64,000 bases of DNA, from positions 109,804 to 173,803 of the forward strand of contig CAZDCG010000001.1 in the NCBI GenBank assembly GCA_964503955.1, given 5' to 3'. How positions within the stretch are numbered: the stretch's first letter is position 1; every line of letters starts with the position of its first letter. A model generated the notes under the pieces. That model saw only the letters and a list, made by a program, of their open reading frames with translations. It was not told the origin of the DNA and ran no database searches. The position numbers and the translations under genes are program-made. Source of the DNA: an uncultured Gammaproteobacteria bacterium. GTDB taxonomy: Bacteria; Patescibacteriota; Patescibacteriia; VMEV01; CAYQCH01. Shown here in pieces: positions 35,660 to 46,281 of the stretch.

Positions 35660-37321
35660 TCAATCCATGACCGATCCGCCAAAAGCGGCGGCCAATTCGC
35701 TTAGTTCCTGCCCCAACTCCTCTTTTTCTTCTTCTTTCAATTCAGTAACTTCATCATTTGTCTGGATCAGATCCGCATCAACAGCAAGGCGGAAGTACAC
35801 CTGCTTGCTTAGAAGCTTCTGCGCGACTTCATTGAGAGAAGAACGATGGCGCAAGACATGATCATGATGCATTTGAAATCGGAAAGCTATTTCAGGTTCT
35901 CCCTGCTCCCCTTTTCGCAGCATCGCGGTGCGCAAAACGATGAAAACGGAATGGAAATGATCCGCCATCTCTCGAAGAAATGCAGGCCAAATTGCTTCCA
36001 CTTCTTCATACAAAGCCGCGTCCTTCATCTCAACCGGCGGCTGCTCTTCTATAAGAGGAGTTTTTTTCTCCTGTACAGGCTTGCTTTCTGTTTTTTTCGG
36101 CGCGGCTGCAGGCTGCTTTGCCGCTGGTTTCACCGGCTGCTGTGGTGATGCCGGACGCGGAGCAGGCTGATGAGCGCTTGGCAGAGGGGCTGGCGACGAG
36201 CTTGCCGGCTTGGCTGACGGCTCGCTGAGAACCGTGCTGATTTCAACCGCGGCCAGTTCAAGCGGTATCTTGCCATGGTCATAATCTTTCAATTGAAGAT
36301 GCCGCTTCATTAAGATATCAAGTATTTTTAACAAATCAGCTGGCCGTACGCGGGAAACAATCTGCTGAATCTGCTCAAGCTGATGCGCCCCCACCTCGCC
36401 TGCGAACGCGTCAGGATCGCTTTGAGTGCTCACAAGCAGCAGCTTATGGCCAAACTCAATCAAATCTTGGCAAAACTGGCGCGGCCTGAATCCTTTGGTT
36501 TCAAGCTCCGCCAGCTGCTGCAGGGCCTGCGTGATTTCGCCGTTTGTAGTCGCCTCAAAAAAACTGATGATCTGCTCAGCATTGCTCATCGGCAGAATGA
36601 GAGCAGCCTTTTCAGGGGTAATCTCCCCCTCAAGGCTTAACACCTGCCCAAGCAAGCTGATGGCATCGCGGACATGTCCTGAACTTTTCTTAACAATGCT
36701 TAACAACACCTCATCCGCTACGTTTCGTTTTTCTTTCTTTGCAAGAAGAGCGAGGTGTTCCTTAAGCAGCTGCGCATCCACGGGATGAAAGTCAAAACGC
36801 TGGCAACGAGAGAGAATGGTCGCCGGTATCTTATGAATTTCCGTTGTCGCCAGAATGAATACGACGCGCTGAGGCGGCTCTTCCAATGTCTTTAACAGCG
36901 CGTTGAAAGATGAAGTGGAAAGCATATGCACTTCATCGATGATAAACACCTTAACCTCGTCTCCCTTCACCGCGACTCTGGCATTGGCAATGATATTTTC
37001 CCGGACATTATCAACGCCCGTTTGCGATGCCGCGTCCACCTCCACAAGATTCAAAAAAGCTCCTTCCTGAATCGATACGCAGGCTTCGCATTCGCCGCAA
37101 GGGTCCGGTTCCTTCTCCTTTCGTTTTTTGCAATTCAACGCCTTGGCAATTACGCGCGCCATGGTTGTTTTCCCTACCCCTCGCGGTCCGTGAAACAAAA
37201 AAGCGTGCGGCATTTGCCCCGTGCTTATTTCATGACGGATCGTTGTTTTTACATGGTCCTGATTGACAATCTCATCAAAAGATTGCGGCCGGTATTTGCG
37301 ATAAAGCGTGACAGAAGACAT
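35660..37321 (-). CDS. dnaX: DNA polymerase III subunits gamma/tau
   Basis: YRPQSFDEIVNQDHV...LFHGPRGVGKTTMARVIAKALNC, Zn module CGECEAC and Walker B FIIDEVHMLS. Confidence 0.9.
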   Translation of the reverse strand: MSSVTLYRKYRPQSFDEIVNQDHVKTTIRHEISTGQMPHAFLFHGPRGVGKTTMARVIAKALNCKKRKEKEPDPCGECEACVSIQEGAFLNLVEVDAASQTGVDNVRENIIANARVAVKGDEVKVFIIDEVHMLSTSSFNALLKTLEEPPQRVVFILATTEIHKIPATILSRCQRFDFHPVDAQLLKEHLALLAKKEKRNVADEVLLSIVKKSSGHVRDAISLLGQVLSLEGEITPEKAALILPMSNAEQIISFFEATTNGEITQALQQLAELETKGFRPRQFCQDLIEFGHKLLLVSTQSDPDAFAGEVGAHQLEQIQQIVSRVRPADLLKILDILMKRHLQLKDYDHGKIPLELAAVEISTVLSEPSAKPASSSPAPLPSAHQPAPRPASPQQPVKPAAKQPAAAPKKTESKPVQEKKTPLIEEQPPVEMKDAALYEEVEAIWPAFLREMADHFHSVFIVLRTAMLRKGEQGEPEIAFRFQMHHDHVLRHRSSLNEVAQKLLSKQVYFRLAVDADLIQTNDEVTELKEEEKEELGQELSELAAAFGGSVMD

Positions 37322-37471
37322 GGTTGCGATCCTTAAAGTGCCCTAAGTATAGGGGACTCATTGACGAGAATCAAGCAGCAAAAATCCCCTGTATCCTCAG
37401 ACATAAAAGACCAATAGACTGTCCGCATGTCTATTGGCCTTTAGGGTCTATTCAGTCTGATACGTCTGCAC

Positions 37472-38023
37472 CTAAAATTCTCCACCGCCTGAAATAATAT
37501 TATCCACGGCCGCCCAGGTGCTTTGTCCGCCCTGAGGGACAAGGATGATCGCCTCATCACCGACGGAACCGCGATAGTAGGTGACCGAAGCAAGCAAGAC
37601 TTTATACAGCCGATTTTCCACCAGTACCCGGTACTCGCCGGTTTCTTTGTCTTTTACCAGCTTGCCGCGCAAGCGCTCCCTGTCAATTGGTTTGATTTGT
37701 TTGTAAATAAACGCACCATCTGAAGAAATAGTGAGCTTAAGGATATCACCCTCCACCAGCTTGGATTTTGAAGCGTAATTTGCCGGCACGGAATACCGTC
37801 TTCCATCAGGCCCGATCATCTGGTAGCCGTCAAACACCCCTTCAATGATATTTCCCTCTTCGCCCGTTTCGCTTTCCGGAGTCAGCTGCAGGCGGTCTCG
37901 ATCTTCGTCGGAAATTTCAAGATTGCCGCCTTCAATTTCCCGGACCATGGTTTCAACCTGTTCCAGACTTTTCTTGATATTGGCAAGAATTTTGTGCACG
38001 GCTTTTAATTTCGCGTCTTCCAT
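37472..38023 (-). CDS. Hypothetical protein (183 aa)
   Basis: A clean ORF with no family assignment. Confidence 0.4.
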   Translation of the reverse strand: MEDAKLKAVHKILANIKKSLEQVETMVREIEGGNLEISDEDRDRLQLTPESETGEEGNIIEGVFDGYQMIGPDGRRYSVPANYASKSKLVEGDILKLTISSDGAFIYKQIKPIDRERLRGKLVKDKETGEYRVLVENRLYKVLLASVTYYRGSVGDEAIILVPQGGQSTWAAVDNIISGGGEF

Positions 38024-38119
38024 ACGTTGTTTTTGCTGTTTGTTTTGTTCTGCAAGTCTGCTATTTCAAGAAAACTATACCACAAAACAAATACAGTGCG
38101 CGAGTGGAAAAGTTTTCAA

Positions 38120-40681
38120 TTACAGATTTTCAAATGGCGACGGTCTTTTCGCCCCCTGCTTTGCCGCATGCACGCGGTCTAAAATTTCCTGTTCAACTTC
38201 CAAGCGGGACCGGCCGTATTTAAGACGCGATAATTCCGCCATGGCATTCTTAATGGCAAAACCATGCCCCTCTTCCCAGGCAGCGCTCTTCATGGAAAAT
38301 GGCCTGAGCGTCTGATTATTCACCAGCAATTTCACGTAGAACGAGAATTGCTCCATATTCAGCAAATCATATTCGTTAAAGACAGGCGCCAATTCTTTTG
38401 CAAAAATCTCCGCGTCTTCCACGCCGACTTTGCTGACTACCATTGTTCCGACATTTCCAAAAACCGCGTCTTTGATTTCTGAATCCCCCCCCTCAACAAG
38501 CTGGCCAACATATTGATGAGCAATGACCAGATTAAGCAAATACTTGCGTGCCTCTGAAAGAATGATGGCAATACTGTCGGTCGTAAAGTTTTGGAATTCA
38601 TCGATATACAAGTAAAAATCCTTTCGCTGCGATTTGGGTTGATCCGTGCGGCTCAAGGCCGCCATGAGAATTTTACCCACAATCACCATGCCAAGCAGAT
38701 GCGCGTTCAGCTCACCAATCTTTCCTTTGGACAGCTTTACCAACAAAATCTTTTGCTGGTCCATGAGTTCGCGGAAATTAAAGGCGCTCTTCTGCTGGCC
38801 GATAATCGGGCGCATAACATCGTTTGAGACGAATTGCGTCAGCTTGCTGGTGATATAGGGCACCATATTGGCCAGCGCCGCTTCCCCGCCCGCTTTTTCA
38901 GCTTCATTACGCCAGAAATCCACCACCACCTGGTTGCGGCATTTGGAAAGTTTATATGCCCTGAATTGTTCGTCTGAAAGCACGCGGGAAATCTCCATCA
39001 AGGTCGATCCGGATTCAGGATCATCCATGATCAGCAGCATGGCATTACGCATATACTGCTCAAACATCGGACCGCCCGTTGATTTCAGGTCGTATAGCTT
39101 GTCAAAGATTTTGAGCATTTCATTAATCACGAACGTTTTCTGCTCAGGGTATTTGGGATCATAATCAAGCAAATTCATGCCAAGCGGATACTCAATATCG
39201 GCAGGATCAAAAATCACCACGTCTTCCACGCGATGTTTGGGGATCCCCCCCAGCACATCGTCGATAAGGTCTCCATGCGGATCAATCACGCAAACGCCTT
39301 CGCCGGCCTCGATGTCGCGCCTTGCCATTGAGGTAATGAAGTATGTTTTCCCCGCCCCGGATTTACCAATCACGTACATGTGGCGGCGGCGGTCTTCACG
39401 CAGCATATGCACGGCCGTCTTTTTTCCTCGATATTCGTTATAGCCAAGCAATATCCCTTCCTGCGGCACATTAAGCGAAACAGGCGCGCGCTTTGCTTCA
39501 AGCCATTGGATATTCGTTGTTTCCGTTTGCGGCAAAGGGAAATGATAGAGGCTGGCCAGCTCCTCCGTATTAAAGATCATTTTATTTTTCGGATTGAAAT
39601 TGCGAAAAATAAAATCTTCGATCAGACGCTTCTGATTCTTTGGCTTGCGCTGACGGAAACTATTGCCGTATTCATAAATATTGTACTGGGCAAAAGCACC
39701 TGTGATCGAATCCAAATAGGCCTGCGCTTGAAAAGACTGGCCGGCGGAAACAACCACGCGGATATTCGCTTCAACGCCTCCCTTGCTGGCTTTTGTTTCG
39801 AGCCGTTTGATCATTTCCTCTTCAAGCGGTGAAAGCTGATACGGCTGATCATCTTTTTTGCCGGATGAAAACATGCTTGAAATAAAGCCGGAAAATCCGC
39901 CGGAAACCGCTTTTTTCGCTTCTTTCAAAGGCTTGCCTTGCCGCATGGCAGACGCAATTTTTCTCCCCCACTGATGCCATTGCCTTGGAGCGGAACGAAC
40001 AATGATTTGAATCGCCGCGCCGTCAAGCCCCTGGATTTGCGACAAAGGATGCGTGAGCGCGTTTAATGGATCCGATTCAAGCTCCTGATACGTTTTTATC
40101 GGGAAATACGGCTCGCGCTCAAAGGTGAGCGATGTCCCCATGGCATATCCCTGCGGATGAAAGATATTGTAATCTTCCGCTTCCTCGATATGCGCCTGCG
40201 GCCACTGCGCCTGAATCTGCTGCTCAATAAACTTATGCAGATATTGCGGCGCGGCCACATAGAAGGAAACGCGCTCATTGTGAACGACAATTTCAAACGA
40301 AATGGTATCTTCGCGGCCAAAGAACCAGGCTTTCAATCCGCTTTGCGGTTTCAGTCCGCCAATCGCGCTGAAAAATGTTTCCGCCACCGAAATGGATTCG
40401 CGCACGCCTTGCTGCGAATCCTGGGATTTCGCCTCCCCTTCCTGCTTAAGGCTTTCTTTTGGCACGAGAATCTGTAAAACCCGTTTTTCGTACTGAGCCG
40501 GCAAAGACCTTCCTTTGCGGGCAAGCGATCTAAGGACGAGGAGAACGATGATGCCAAACGCAACAAGGAGCGCGATGAGCAGAATAAGCAATACCGTGGG
40601 ATCACGGAAAAATTGCTCGGCATTTGCCTGCGAAGCCTGTGTATTGACCGACACAGGCAATTGGAAGAGAAACGAGAACAT
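38120..40681 (-). CDS. TraD/VirD4-like (type IV coupling protein / DUF87 AAA-like) membrane ATPase, 853 aa
   Basis: Two N-terminal TM helices, Walker A GKSGAGKT, Walker B YLYIDEFQNF and IAHQ motif. The family-level call is tentative. Confidence 0.5.
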   Translation of the reverse strand: MFSFLFQLPVSVNTQASQANAEQFFRDPTVLLILLIALLVAFGIIVLLVLRSLARKGRSLPAQYEKRVLQILVPKESLKQEGEAKSQDSQQGVRESISVAETFFSAIGGLKPQSGLKAWFFGREDTISFEIVVHNERVSFYVAAPQYLHKFIEQQIQAQWPQAHIEEAEDYNIFHPQGYAMGTSLTFEREPYFPIKTYQELESDPLNALTHPLSQIQGLDGAAIQIIVRSAPRQWHQWGRKIASAMRQGKPLKEAKKAVSGGFSGFISSMFSSGKKDDQPYQLSPLEEEMIKRLETKASKGGVEANIRVVVSAGQSFQAQAYLDSITGAFAQYNIYEYGNSFRQRKPKNQKRLIEDFIFRNFNPKNKMIFNTEELASLYHFPLPQTETTNIQWLEAKRAPVSLNVPQEGILLGYNEYRGKKTAVHMLREDRRRHMYVIGKSGAGKTYFITSMARRDIEAGEGVCVIDPHGDLIDDVLGGIPKHRVEDVVIFDPADIEYPLGMNLLDYDPKYPEQKTFVINEMLKIFDKLYDLKSTGGPMFEQYMRNAMLLIMDDPESGSTLMEISRVLSDEQFRAYKLSKCRNQVVVDFWRNEAEKAGGEAALANMVPYITSKLTQFVSNDVMRPIIGQQKSAFNFRELMDQQKILLVKLSKGKIGELNAHLLGMVIVGKILMAALSRTDQPKSQRKDFYLYIDEFQNFTTDSIAIILSEARKYLLNLVIAHQYVGQLVEGGDSEIKDAVFGNVGTMVVSKVGVEDAEIFAKELAPVFNEYDLLNMEQFSFYVKLLVNNQTLRPFSMKSAAWEEGHGFAIKNAMAELSRLKYGRSRLEVEQEILDRVHAAKQGAKRPSPFENL

Positions 40682-40687
40682 GTGTTT

Positions 40688-41194
40688 TTATAATTGATTT
40701 CTGCGAGACTGATCCAGCTCTTTTTTCAATGCGAGAATTTCATCGGCTTTCAGCTTGGCTTCTTGTTTTAGAAAATACTTATTCACGCCTGGAATCACTT
40801 TGAGCCATCCGAACAGGAGCTTGAAGACTTTTCTTGATCTGAGGCGAACCTTGTAGATCATGCTCTCAAGCTCTGCTGCCGTTGCTTCGCCGCGTTCTTT
40901 AAATTGCTTTTGCACGTCAGGAGGAAGCTGAGCATATACATCATCCAGATCATCTTCCATAATATCTTCAATTCGCTCAAGCGTCTCACTTTTTACATGC
41001 TCACGTCCGGGCACCGTGGCCTGTGTTAAAGGCAATGGCGCAGACGGCTGCGGTGCAGGCTGTTCATCTTGTTTGCTTGCCGGCTGTTCCGTCGGAGTTT
41101 TTGGCTGCTCCGAGCGCAGACCACGCTCAACAGGTGAAGAAGGTTCATTCTTCATGTCTTCCGGTCGATTTGTCAGAGGCACTTTTTCAACCAT
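40688..41194 (-). CDS. Hypothetical Pro/Gln-rich protein
   Basis: An ORF between the pilin and the ATPase genes with a low-complexity N-terminus. Confidence 0.35.
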   Translation of the reverse strand: MVEKVPLTNRPEDMKNEPSSPVERGLRSEQPKTPTEQPASKQDEQPAPQPSAPLPLTQATVPGREHVKSETLERIEDIMEDDLDDVYAQLPPDVQKQFKERGEATAAELESMIYKVRLRSRKVFKLLFGWLKVIPGVNKYFLKQEAKLKADEILALKKELDQSRRNQL

Positions 41195-41218
41195 AAAACG
41201 GCGAACAAAAGCAGATAA

Positions 41219-41626
41219 CTACGGGCGCGTATTCATCCCTTTTTGGCCGACGGAACCGGTTTCAAGATAGAAACGGAAGGCAAACTCGGTTCCCGCCTCA
41301 TTGGTTGTATAGAATAAACATTCTGCCCCCGTCTGATTCACGGGGTCGGTGATCGGAGTGCTGATCAAATTGGCTCCAAGCAAGGCAGTATTAACCGCGT
41401 CGGTTCCTGTCAAGCAAAATCCTGCCGGAGCCATTGGATAGGAAGCGCCGGTCTGATTGATGTATAAATCAAGCGCCTTGACCAATTGATCAACATCGGC
41501 TGAACGTTTCGCGTCTCTGGCTCGCGCCTGTACATTCGTAATCGTAAAGAGGACAGCCGCCGACAAGAGCGCGACAATGGAAATCGTAATAAGCAATTCC
41601 ATCAACGTAAAGCCCTTCTGATGCAT
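41219..41626 (-). CDS. Type IV pilin / pseudopilin
   Basis: Class III signal MHQKG-FTLMELLITISIVALL (a G|FTLxE prepilin peptidase site). Confidence 0.85.
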   Translation of the reverse strand: MHQKGFTLMELLITISIVALLSAAVLFTITNVQARARDAKRSADVDQLVKALDLYINQTGASYPMAPAGFCLTGTDAVNTALLGANLISTPITDPVNQTGAECLFYTTNEAGTEFAFRFYLETGSVGQKGMNTRP

Positions 41627-41628
41627 AT

Positions 41629-42690
41629 TTATTGTTGATTATGGATAGTGATTTGCGTTCCCTCCGGCACAACCTCAATCCAGGTAGCACCAGGCGCCAG
41701 CGCAACCGGCTGGCCGTCTTCCGTGGCGAAAAGAAGCGGAGACGATTGGGATGCTTTCTCCCATTCTACCTCAAATTGGCGGCCAAAGCGAAATAAGGAG
41801 GCCTTCCCTTTGCCAGATGTTCGAACGGAACGGCGGCTTTCTTCATCAATCACCTGGATATCGGTATAAAGAACGAAGACATTCGCCGCCTCCACCGCTC
41901 TTTGGTCCGCATCAAATTGCTGTTCCTGTCCCTGGTGGCGGATAAACACGTTTTTGGATTTGTCATACACCCATCGCGCCAAATACAGATTTGATGGGCC
42001 GGAAAACGGAATATCTACCGATGCAACCTCCGGCTCCCGCGTATCAGGCTCGTCCATATAACTGAAAACAGGAAATGTTTGCTGATCAAATTTACGATGA
42101 GCAAAGGCCTGATCCAGATTTTCAATTGACGTATACACATTGTGAGGAGCGTAACGGTCGGATGATCTCCAAAAGAAGCTGCCAAAATAAAATTCATTCA
42201 GCGACGGAACAATAAAGGCATTCAGCATGGACAATGCCTGGGGACTGCCGCCCACATGCGCGTACATCACGCCAAGCCCTGCCGCCCAGTCCACGTAATA
42301 TGGCCGGGCTGAACGCACTGGACCGATCTTTTCTGTCGTTTGCTTATTGTCATAAACCGCCATAAAGCGCGGAATCGATCCTTCCACTGGCGCCTCAAAC
42401 ACCAACCGGGCATCAGCCAAGCCGCTTAATGGCCAGGCTTCGGCGCTGTTTTCGATCATCACGGCGAAAAAGCGGTCAGGTTGTTCCTCTTCAGGAATAA
42501 AGATGCCGTCGGTCAACCGGCGGACGCCCCCTTCCGGGATGACGGAAGCAGCGGAAACTTCCTGTTCAATCCGCTGATATGTTTGCGAAGAGTCCGGATT
42601 CTGATGAAAAATAAAACTGAACGCGAGCAATCCGCCAAGAGCCAAAAGCCCGCCAAAGAGCATAAAACGTTTATCTTGTAATTGATGCAT
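41629..42690 (-). CDS. DUF3048-domain (YerB-like) secreted protein
   Basis: N-terminal TM/signal and about 330-aa DUF3048-type body. Assigned from recalled family features, with moderate confidence. Confidence 0.45.
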   Translation of the reverse strand: MHQLQDKRFMLFGGLLALGGLLAFSFIFHQNPDSSQTYQRIEQEVSAASVIPEGGVRRLTDGIFIPEEEQPDRFFAVMIENSAEAWPLSGLADARLVFEAPVEGSIPRFMAVYDNKQTTEKIGPVRSARPYYVDWAAGLGVMYAHVGGSPQALSMLNAFIVPSLNEFYFGSFFWRSSDRYAPHNVYTSIENLDQAFAHRKFDQQTFPVFSYMDEPDTREPEVASVDIPFSGPSNLYLARWVYDKSKNVFIRHQGQEQQFDADQRAVEAANVFVLYTDIQVIDEESRRSVRTSGKGKASLFRFGRQFEVEWEKASQSSPLLFATEDGQPVALAPGATWIEVVPEGTQITIHNQQ

Positions 42691-42768
42691 AGTAATGCTC
42701 AGTATAAACTAGAAGCGCCCGCAAGAACAATGCGGGCGCTTTTTGCGATAATAGATTGAGACCAAGCT

Positions 42769-43437
42769 TTATTCTTTAGAGGTTTCCGCAGCCGGAGCAG
42801 CAGGTGCAGCCCCTTCAGCGGGAGCTGCTTCCGCAGCTGGCGCAACAGGCTCAACCTCGAGTTTTGGCATGCTCACCGTGGCAATCAATTCCTCCGGATC
42901 ATTGAGCACTTTCAATGTTTCAGGAATCTCGATATCGCTGACAAGGATGACATCCTCGATGGTTTTAAGCTTGTCGAGGGGCACAGCAAGGGATTTTACC
43001 AAGTTTTTAGGCAAACAACTTACTGCCAATGTCGTAAGGCTTTTCACCAGAGAACCGCCTGATGTTTTAACAGCAGGAGCTTCCCCAATAAATTCGAGAG
43101 GAACTTCAACTTCAACTTCGGTATTGACATCGATCGCCTGAAAATCGGTGTGGATATAATCTCTTGTAACGGGGTGGATCTGAACTTCGCGGATAAGCAC
43201 ATCAACTTGTTTTCCTCCTTCAAGACCCAATTCCACAACCTGGCTTTCACCGGCTTCGTTATAGACTTTTTCAAATGCCTGATAATTTACTGCAATATTC
43301 TGACTCTCTTTTTGGCCGAAACCATAGAGAATAGCAGGAATCATGCTTTCCTGGCGCAGAGAGGCAACTTTCTTGCCTGAAACAGTTCTTGGTTGAGCTT
43401 GCAACGTGATTGCCATAGATTTACTTATCTCGTTCAA
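42769..43437 (-). CDS. rplY: 50S ribosomal protein L25 (Ctc-type, with acidic/Ala-Pro-rich C-terminal tail)
   Basis: RTVSGKKVASLRQESMIPAILYGFGQKESQNIAVNYQAFEKV and two L25 domains. The start is probably MAITLQ. Confidence 0.8.
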   Translation of the reverse strand: MNEISKSMAITLQAQPRTVSGKKVASLRQESMIPAILYGFGQKESQNIAVNYQAFEKVYNEAGESQVVELGLEGGKQVDVLIREVQIHPVTRDYIHTDFQAIDVNTEVEVEVPLEFIGEAPAVKTSGGSLVKSLTTLAVSCLPKNLVKSLAVPLDKLKTIEDVILVSDIEIPETLKVLNDPEELIATVSMPKLEVEPVAPAAEAAPAEGAAPAAPAAETSKE

Positions 43438-43786
43438 ACAATTCGTTTAGGAATGTTTTCGGTTTGTTCGTAAGCGTTTCAAAAGCTTCAAATACTTGAG
43501 CTTCTGAAATAGCCGGAGCGTCTTTGAATTTTTCGACATCCGCGGAATTCAGATCAGTGATGAGCCCTACGGATGTAAGCCCGATCTGGCCTTTGACGAT
43601 CAATGCGACAATGGCGCTTTGACATTTATGACATTGAATATGCACCAGCTGCGCTTCCGCTTTTTCCTCAACAATATTGGCCTGAAACGGCTGATATTGT
43701 TCCGAGCACAGTGGACATTTGGAGATCAGACGCAATCCTTCCGGAGAAAAATGGTACGAACCTGAAGGAAGATCGATTGAATCCAT
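43421..43786 (-). CDS. Hypothetical Zn-ribbon protein (CPLC...CHKC)
   Basis: A 121-aa ORF with paired Cys motifs. It overlaps the rplY ORF-track start by 17 nt. Confidence 0.35.
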   Translation of the reverse strand: MDSIDLPSGSYHFSPEGLRLISKCPLCSEQYQPFQANIVEEKAEAQLVHIQCHKCQSAIVALIVKGQIGLTSVGLITDLNSADVEKFKDAPAISEAQVFEAFETLTNKPKTFLNELFERDK

Positions 43787-44010
43787 AGGTCAAAAGGCAA
43801 TCCCTGCTTTAATGGCAGGGAAACATCATCTTTCGATGAAGTGCGCTCATTATACAGGTGAGAAAAGAATTGTCAATAATACCCCGTCTGTGGTCTATTA
43901 TACCACGGCTTGCCAGACGGACCAGAGGTTGTGCCAAGCGTTCCCGGACCAGGCTGGCACTGAATGCTGATTGCTAAAGCCCAAGCTAGCGCTAGCTTCC
44001 GTGCCCCCCT

Positions 44011-44048
44011 ACAACTCATTAACTCGTTAACCGCAACTCATTAACTAT
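44011..44048. repeat. GTTAAC-family repeat (acaactcattaactcgttaaccgcaactcattaact) overlapping the rodA stop
   Basis: The 16-mer cattaactcgttaacc is identical to 25605..25620. Confidence 0.55.
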
Positions 44049-45135
44049 ATATATGCACACTCTGCGCCAAACCAAGCATCATGAACACAGCCACAAGATA
44101 GGATCCTCCGGCACTGATAAGCGGCAATGAAATACCCGTGACGGGTATCAAGGCAAGATTCATTGCCATATGCAACATGGCCTGCCCTACGACCGCAAGC
44201 AAGACTCCGATCGCGATCAGCTGGCCAAAGTCGCTTCTGGTATTTCTTGCAATATGAATGAGCCGCCAGGAAATAATCACCAGCAAAGCGACAAAGACAA
44301 AAATGCCGGCAAATCCAAGTTCTTCGCCAATCACTGCAAAAATGAAATCGGTTTGCCGTTCAGGCAAAAATTGCAGTTGGCTTTGCGACCCAGAACCGAT
44401 TCCGCGCCCGAGAAGACGCCCGGATCCAATGGCGATCAGCGATTGCGTCACATTATAACCGGTACCAAGCGGGTCTGCTGCCGGATCAAGAAAGCTCACC
44501 AAGCGGCTTTTCTGGTATGGCTGCAAAAAGGTCGTCCAACCGACTAAAACAATCCCGAGAAAACCAAAGAACATCAAGCCGATCTGCCATTTGGATAATC
44601 CAAGCAAAAGCACAAATCCAAGCCAGATCAGAAAAAGAATCACGGCAGATCCCAAATCCGGCTGCGCAATCGTTAAAAAACCAAGAAGACCGACCGACAA
44701 GCCGGATACAATGAGCGGCTTCCATGTTTTCAGATGTCTCCCCTGCTTGCTGAAATACGCCGCGAGAATCAGAATGAGTAAAAATTTCACCAGCTCGACA
44801 GGTTGCCAAACGAAAAAACCGAAATCAAGCCAGGCGCGAATACCTCGAATAACTTCGCCCAAGGGCGTAAAGAGCAAGACAAGAAAAAAGATACAGAGAA
44901 GATACAGCCAGGGATAAAACGGCTGCCAGGTACGGTAATCAACCGTCATGAAAAAGAGAAATGCCCCCATGCCAAGCACCCCGTAAAAGAGTTGCTTGTA
45001 CAGCAGCGAAATCTGCTGCTCCTGAGAAGCCAGCCCCACGCTGTAGAGAATGGTCGCTCCGATTGAAAAAATCAGCAGCATGCTCACGAGCAGAATTTTA
45101 TCCGAACGCCGAAGCGCGGCCAAAACCTTTTGCAT
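44041..45135 (-). CDS. rodA: SEDS-family protein, second copy (RodA-like)
   Basis: A 10-TM SEDS protein outside the dcw cluster (ftsW is at 5408). No adjacent mrdA/mreB, so the RodA assignment is by exclusion. Confidence 0.6.
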   Translation of the reverse strand: MQKVLAALRRSDKILLVSMLLIFSIGATILYSVGLASQEQQISLLYKQLFYGVLGMGAFLFFMTVDYRTWQPFYPWLYLLCIFFLVLLFTPLGEVIRGIRAWLDFGFFVWQPVELVKFLLILILAAYFSKQGRHLKTWKPLIVSGLSVGLLGFLTIAQPDLGSAVILFLIWLGFVLLLGLSKWQIGLMFFGFLGIVLVGWTTFLQPYQKSRLVSFLDPAADPLGTGYNVTQSLIAIGSGRLLGRGIGSGSQSQLQFLPERQTDFIFAVIGEELGFAGIFVFVALLVIISWRLIHIARNTRSDFGQLIAIGVLLAVVGQAMLHMAMNLALIPVTGISLPLISAGGSYLVAVFMMLGLAQSVHIYS

Positions 45136-45162
45136 ACGAGAAGATAAACTGCTCCTGTTTTA

Positions 45163-46152
45163 CTAGAATCTGCGCCGTTGATCAAACTCCCGGAACCCCG
45201 GATCAAATTCCCCCTGAAACGAACTGAATGATGCGCGGTCAAGAATATTCACGCTTGGAATGATTTGCACGGTTGTAATCGCCGAAAGATTCTGCGTGAA
45301 ACGCACAGAAAGCGGCTTGCTCACGCCTGAAGGAAAATCCGGAATGACCACGGAATCAATCGCCGCGAGTCGATTTCCCGTAAAGAGCGCCACCTGTACT
45401 TCCATGCTGACGTAATTATACGCTGTCGCATTCGCAATGGTTGCGGTGACCTCGCTTACCGGCAGCTGATCGCTGAGCTCGGATTGCCTTGAGGAAAGGA
45501 AGCGTTTATTGGTGATCAAAAAATTCAGATAATCGGGCGCCCATTGCTCATAATTGGTCACGCGCTGCCACTCTTCATTCTCAAAGAAGACCTGAGGCGT
45601 GCCGGTCACAATGCCTTCTTGATTGAGCGCGAGAAGATATTTCTCTTCTCCAGGCAAAAAATACGTTTCCTGCGCCTGCAGAAACCGCCCGCCGATAGAA
45701 AACTGGTAGCTCACCCGTTCAAGCGCCCACTTGGTATTAGGGTTGCGCACAAGAACAGCGATATCCGAAGATTGCCCGCGCCCTGAAATGACCTGGCGGG
45801 ATACAACCTCAAGAGGTTGTATCGCATAACTTTGATGAACCTCTTCAATGTTGATATAGGTCTGTCCGGCTGTTTCTGCCCCTCGCCGGTATGATTCATA
45901 CTCAAAACCATAAAAACGGATCAATGCGAATAACGCATATCCGTATGTGATAGCGCAAAATGCGACCAGAAAACCAATAAGAAGCCTCCTGAGCTGCTCT
46001 CGATGCGTGACAAACCAATACCCAAATTTGAGCTCCTGCTCTGTCAGCTGCTGCACGTCAACGGATTTTGTATTGAACCCTTCTGATTGATTTGGCATAC
46101 ATCTTTGATAATCAGTCTGGCATGTCTGGCAACGTCTTTGAATGTCCGACAC
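45163..46152 (-). CDS. Hypothetical membrane-anchored protein (329 aa)
   Basis: N-terminal CxxC pair, one TM, and a large extracytoplasmic domain. Confidence 0.4.
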   Translation of the reverse strand: MSDIQRRCQTCQTDYQRCMPNQSEGFNTKSVDVQQLTEQELKFGYWFVTHREQLRRLLIGFLVAFCAITYGYALFALIRFYGFEYESYRRGAETAGQTYINIEEVHQSYAIQPLEVVSRQVISGRGQSSDIAVLVRNPNTKWALERVSYQFSIGGRFLQAQETYFLPGEEKYLLALNQEGIVTGTPQVFFENEEWQRVTNYEQWAPDYLNFLITNKRFLSSRQSELSDQLPVSEVTATIANATAYNYVSMEVQVALFTGNRLAAIDSVVIPDFPSGVSKPLSVRFTQNLSAITTVQIIPSVNILDRASFSSFQGEFDPGFREFDQRRRF

Positions 46153-46281
46153 GTCTGCGCAGCTATTGTATCACAGAGCTGATTTAGCCCCAATGTGTCA
46201 AGGTGCCTGTTTCGCGCTTCTATGCTACAATCTTGGTATCAATAGCTCCTCTGAAAAAGGGGAATTTCTCTTTATAAAGGT

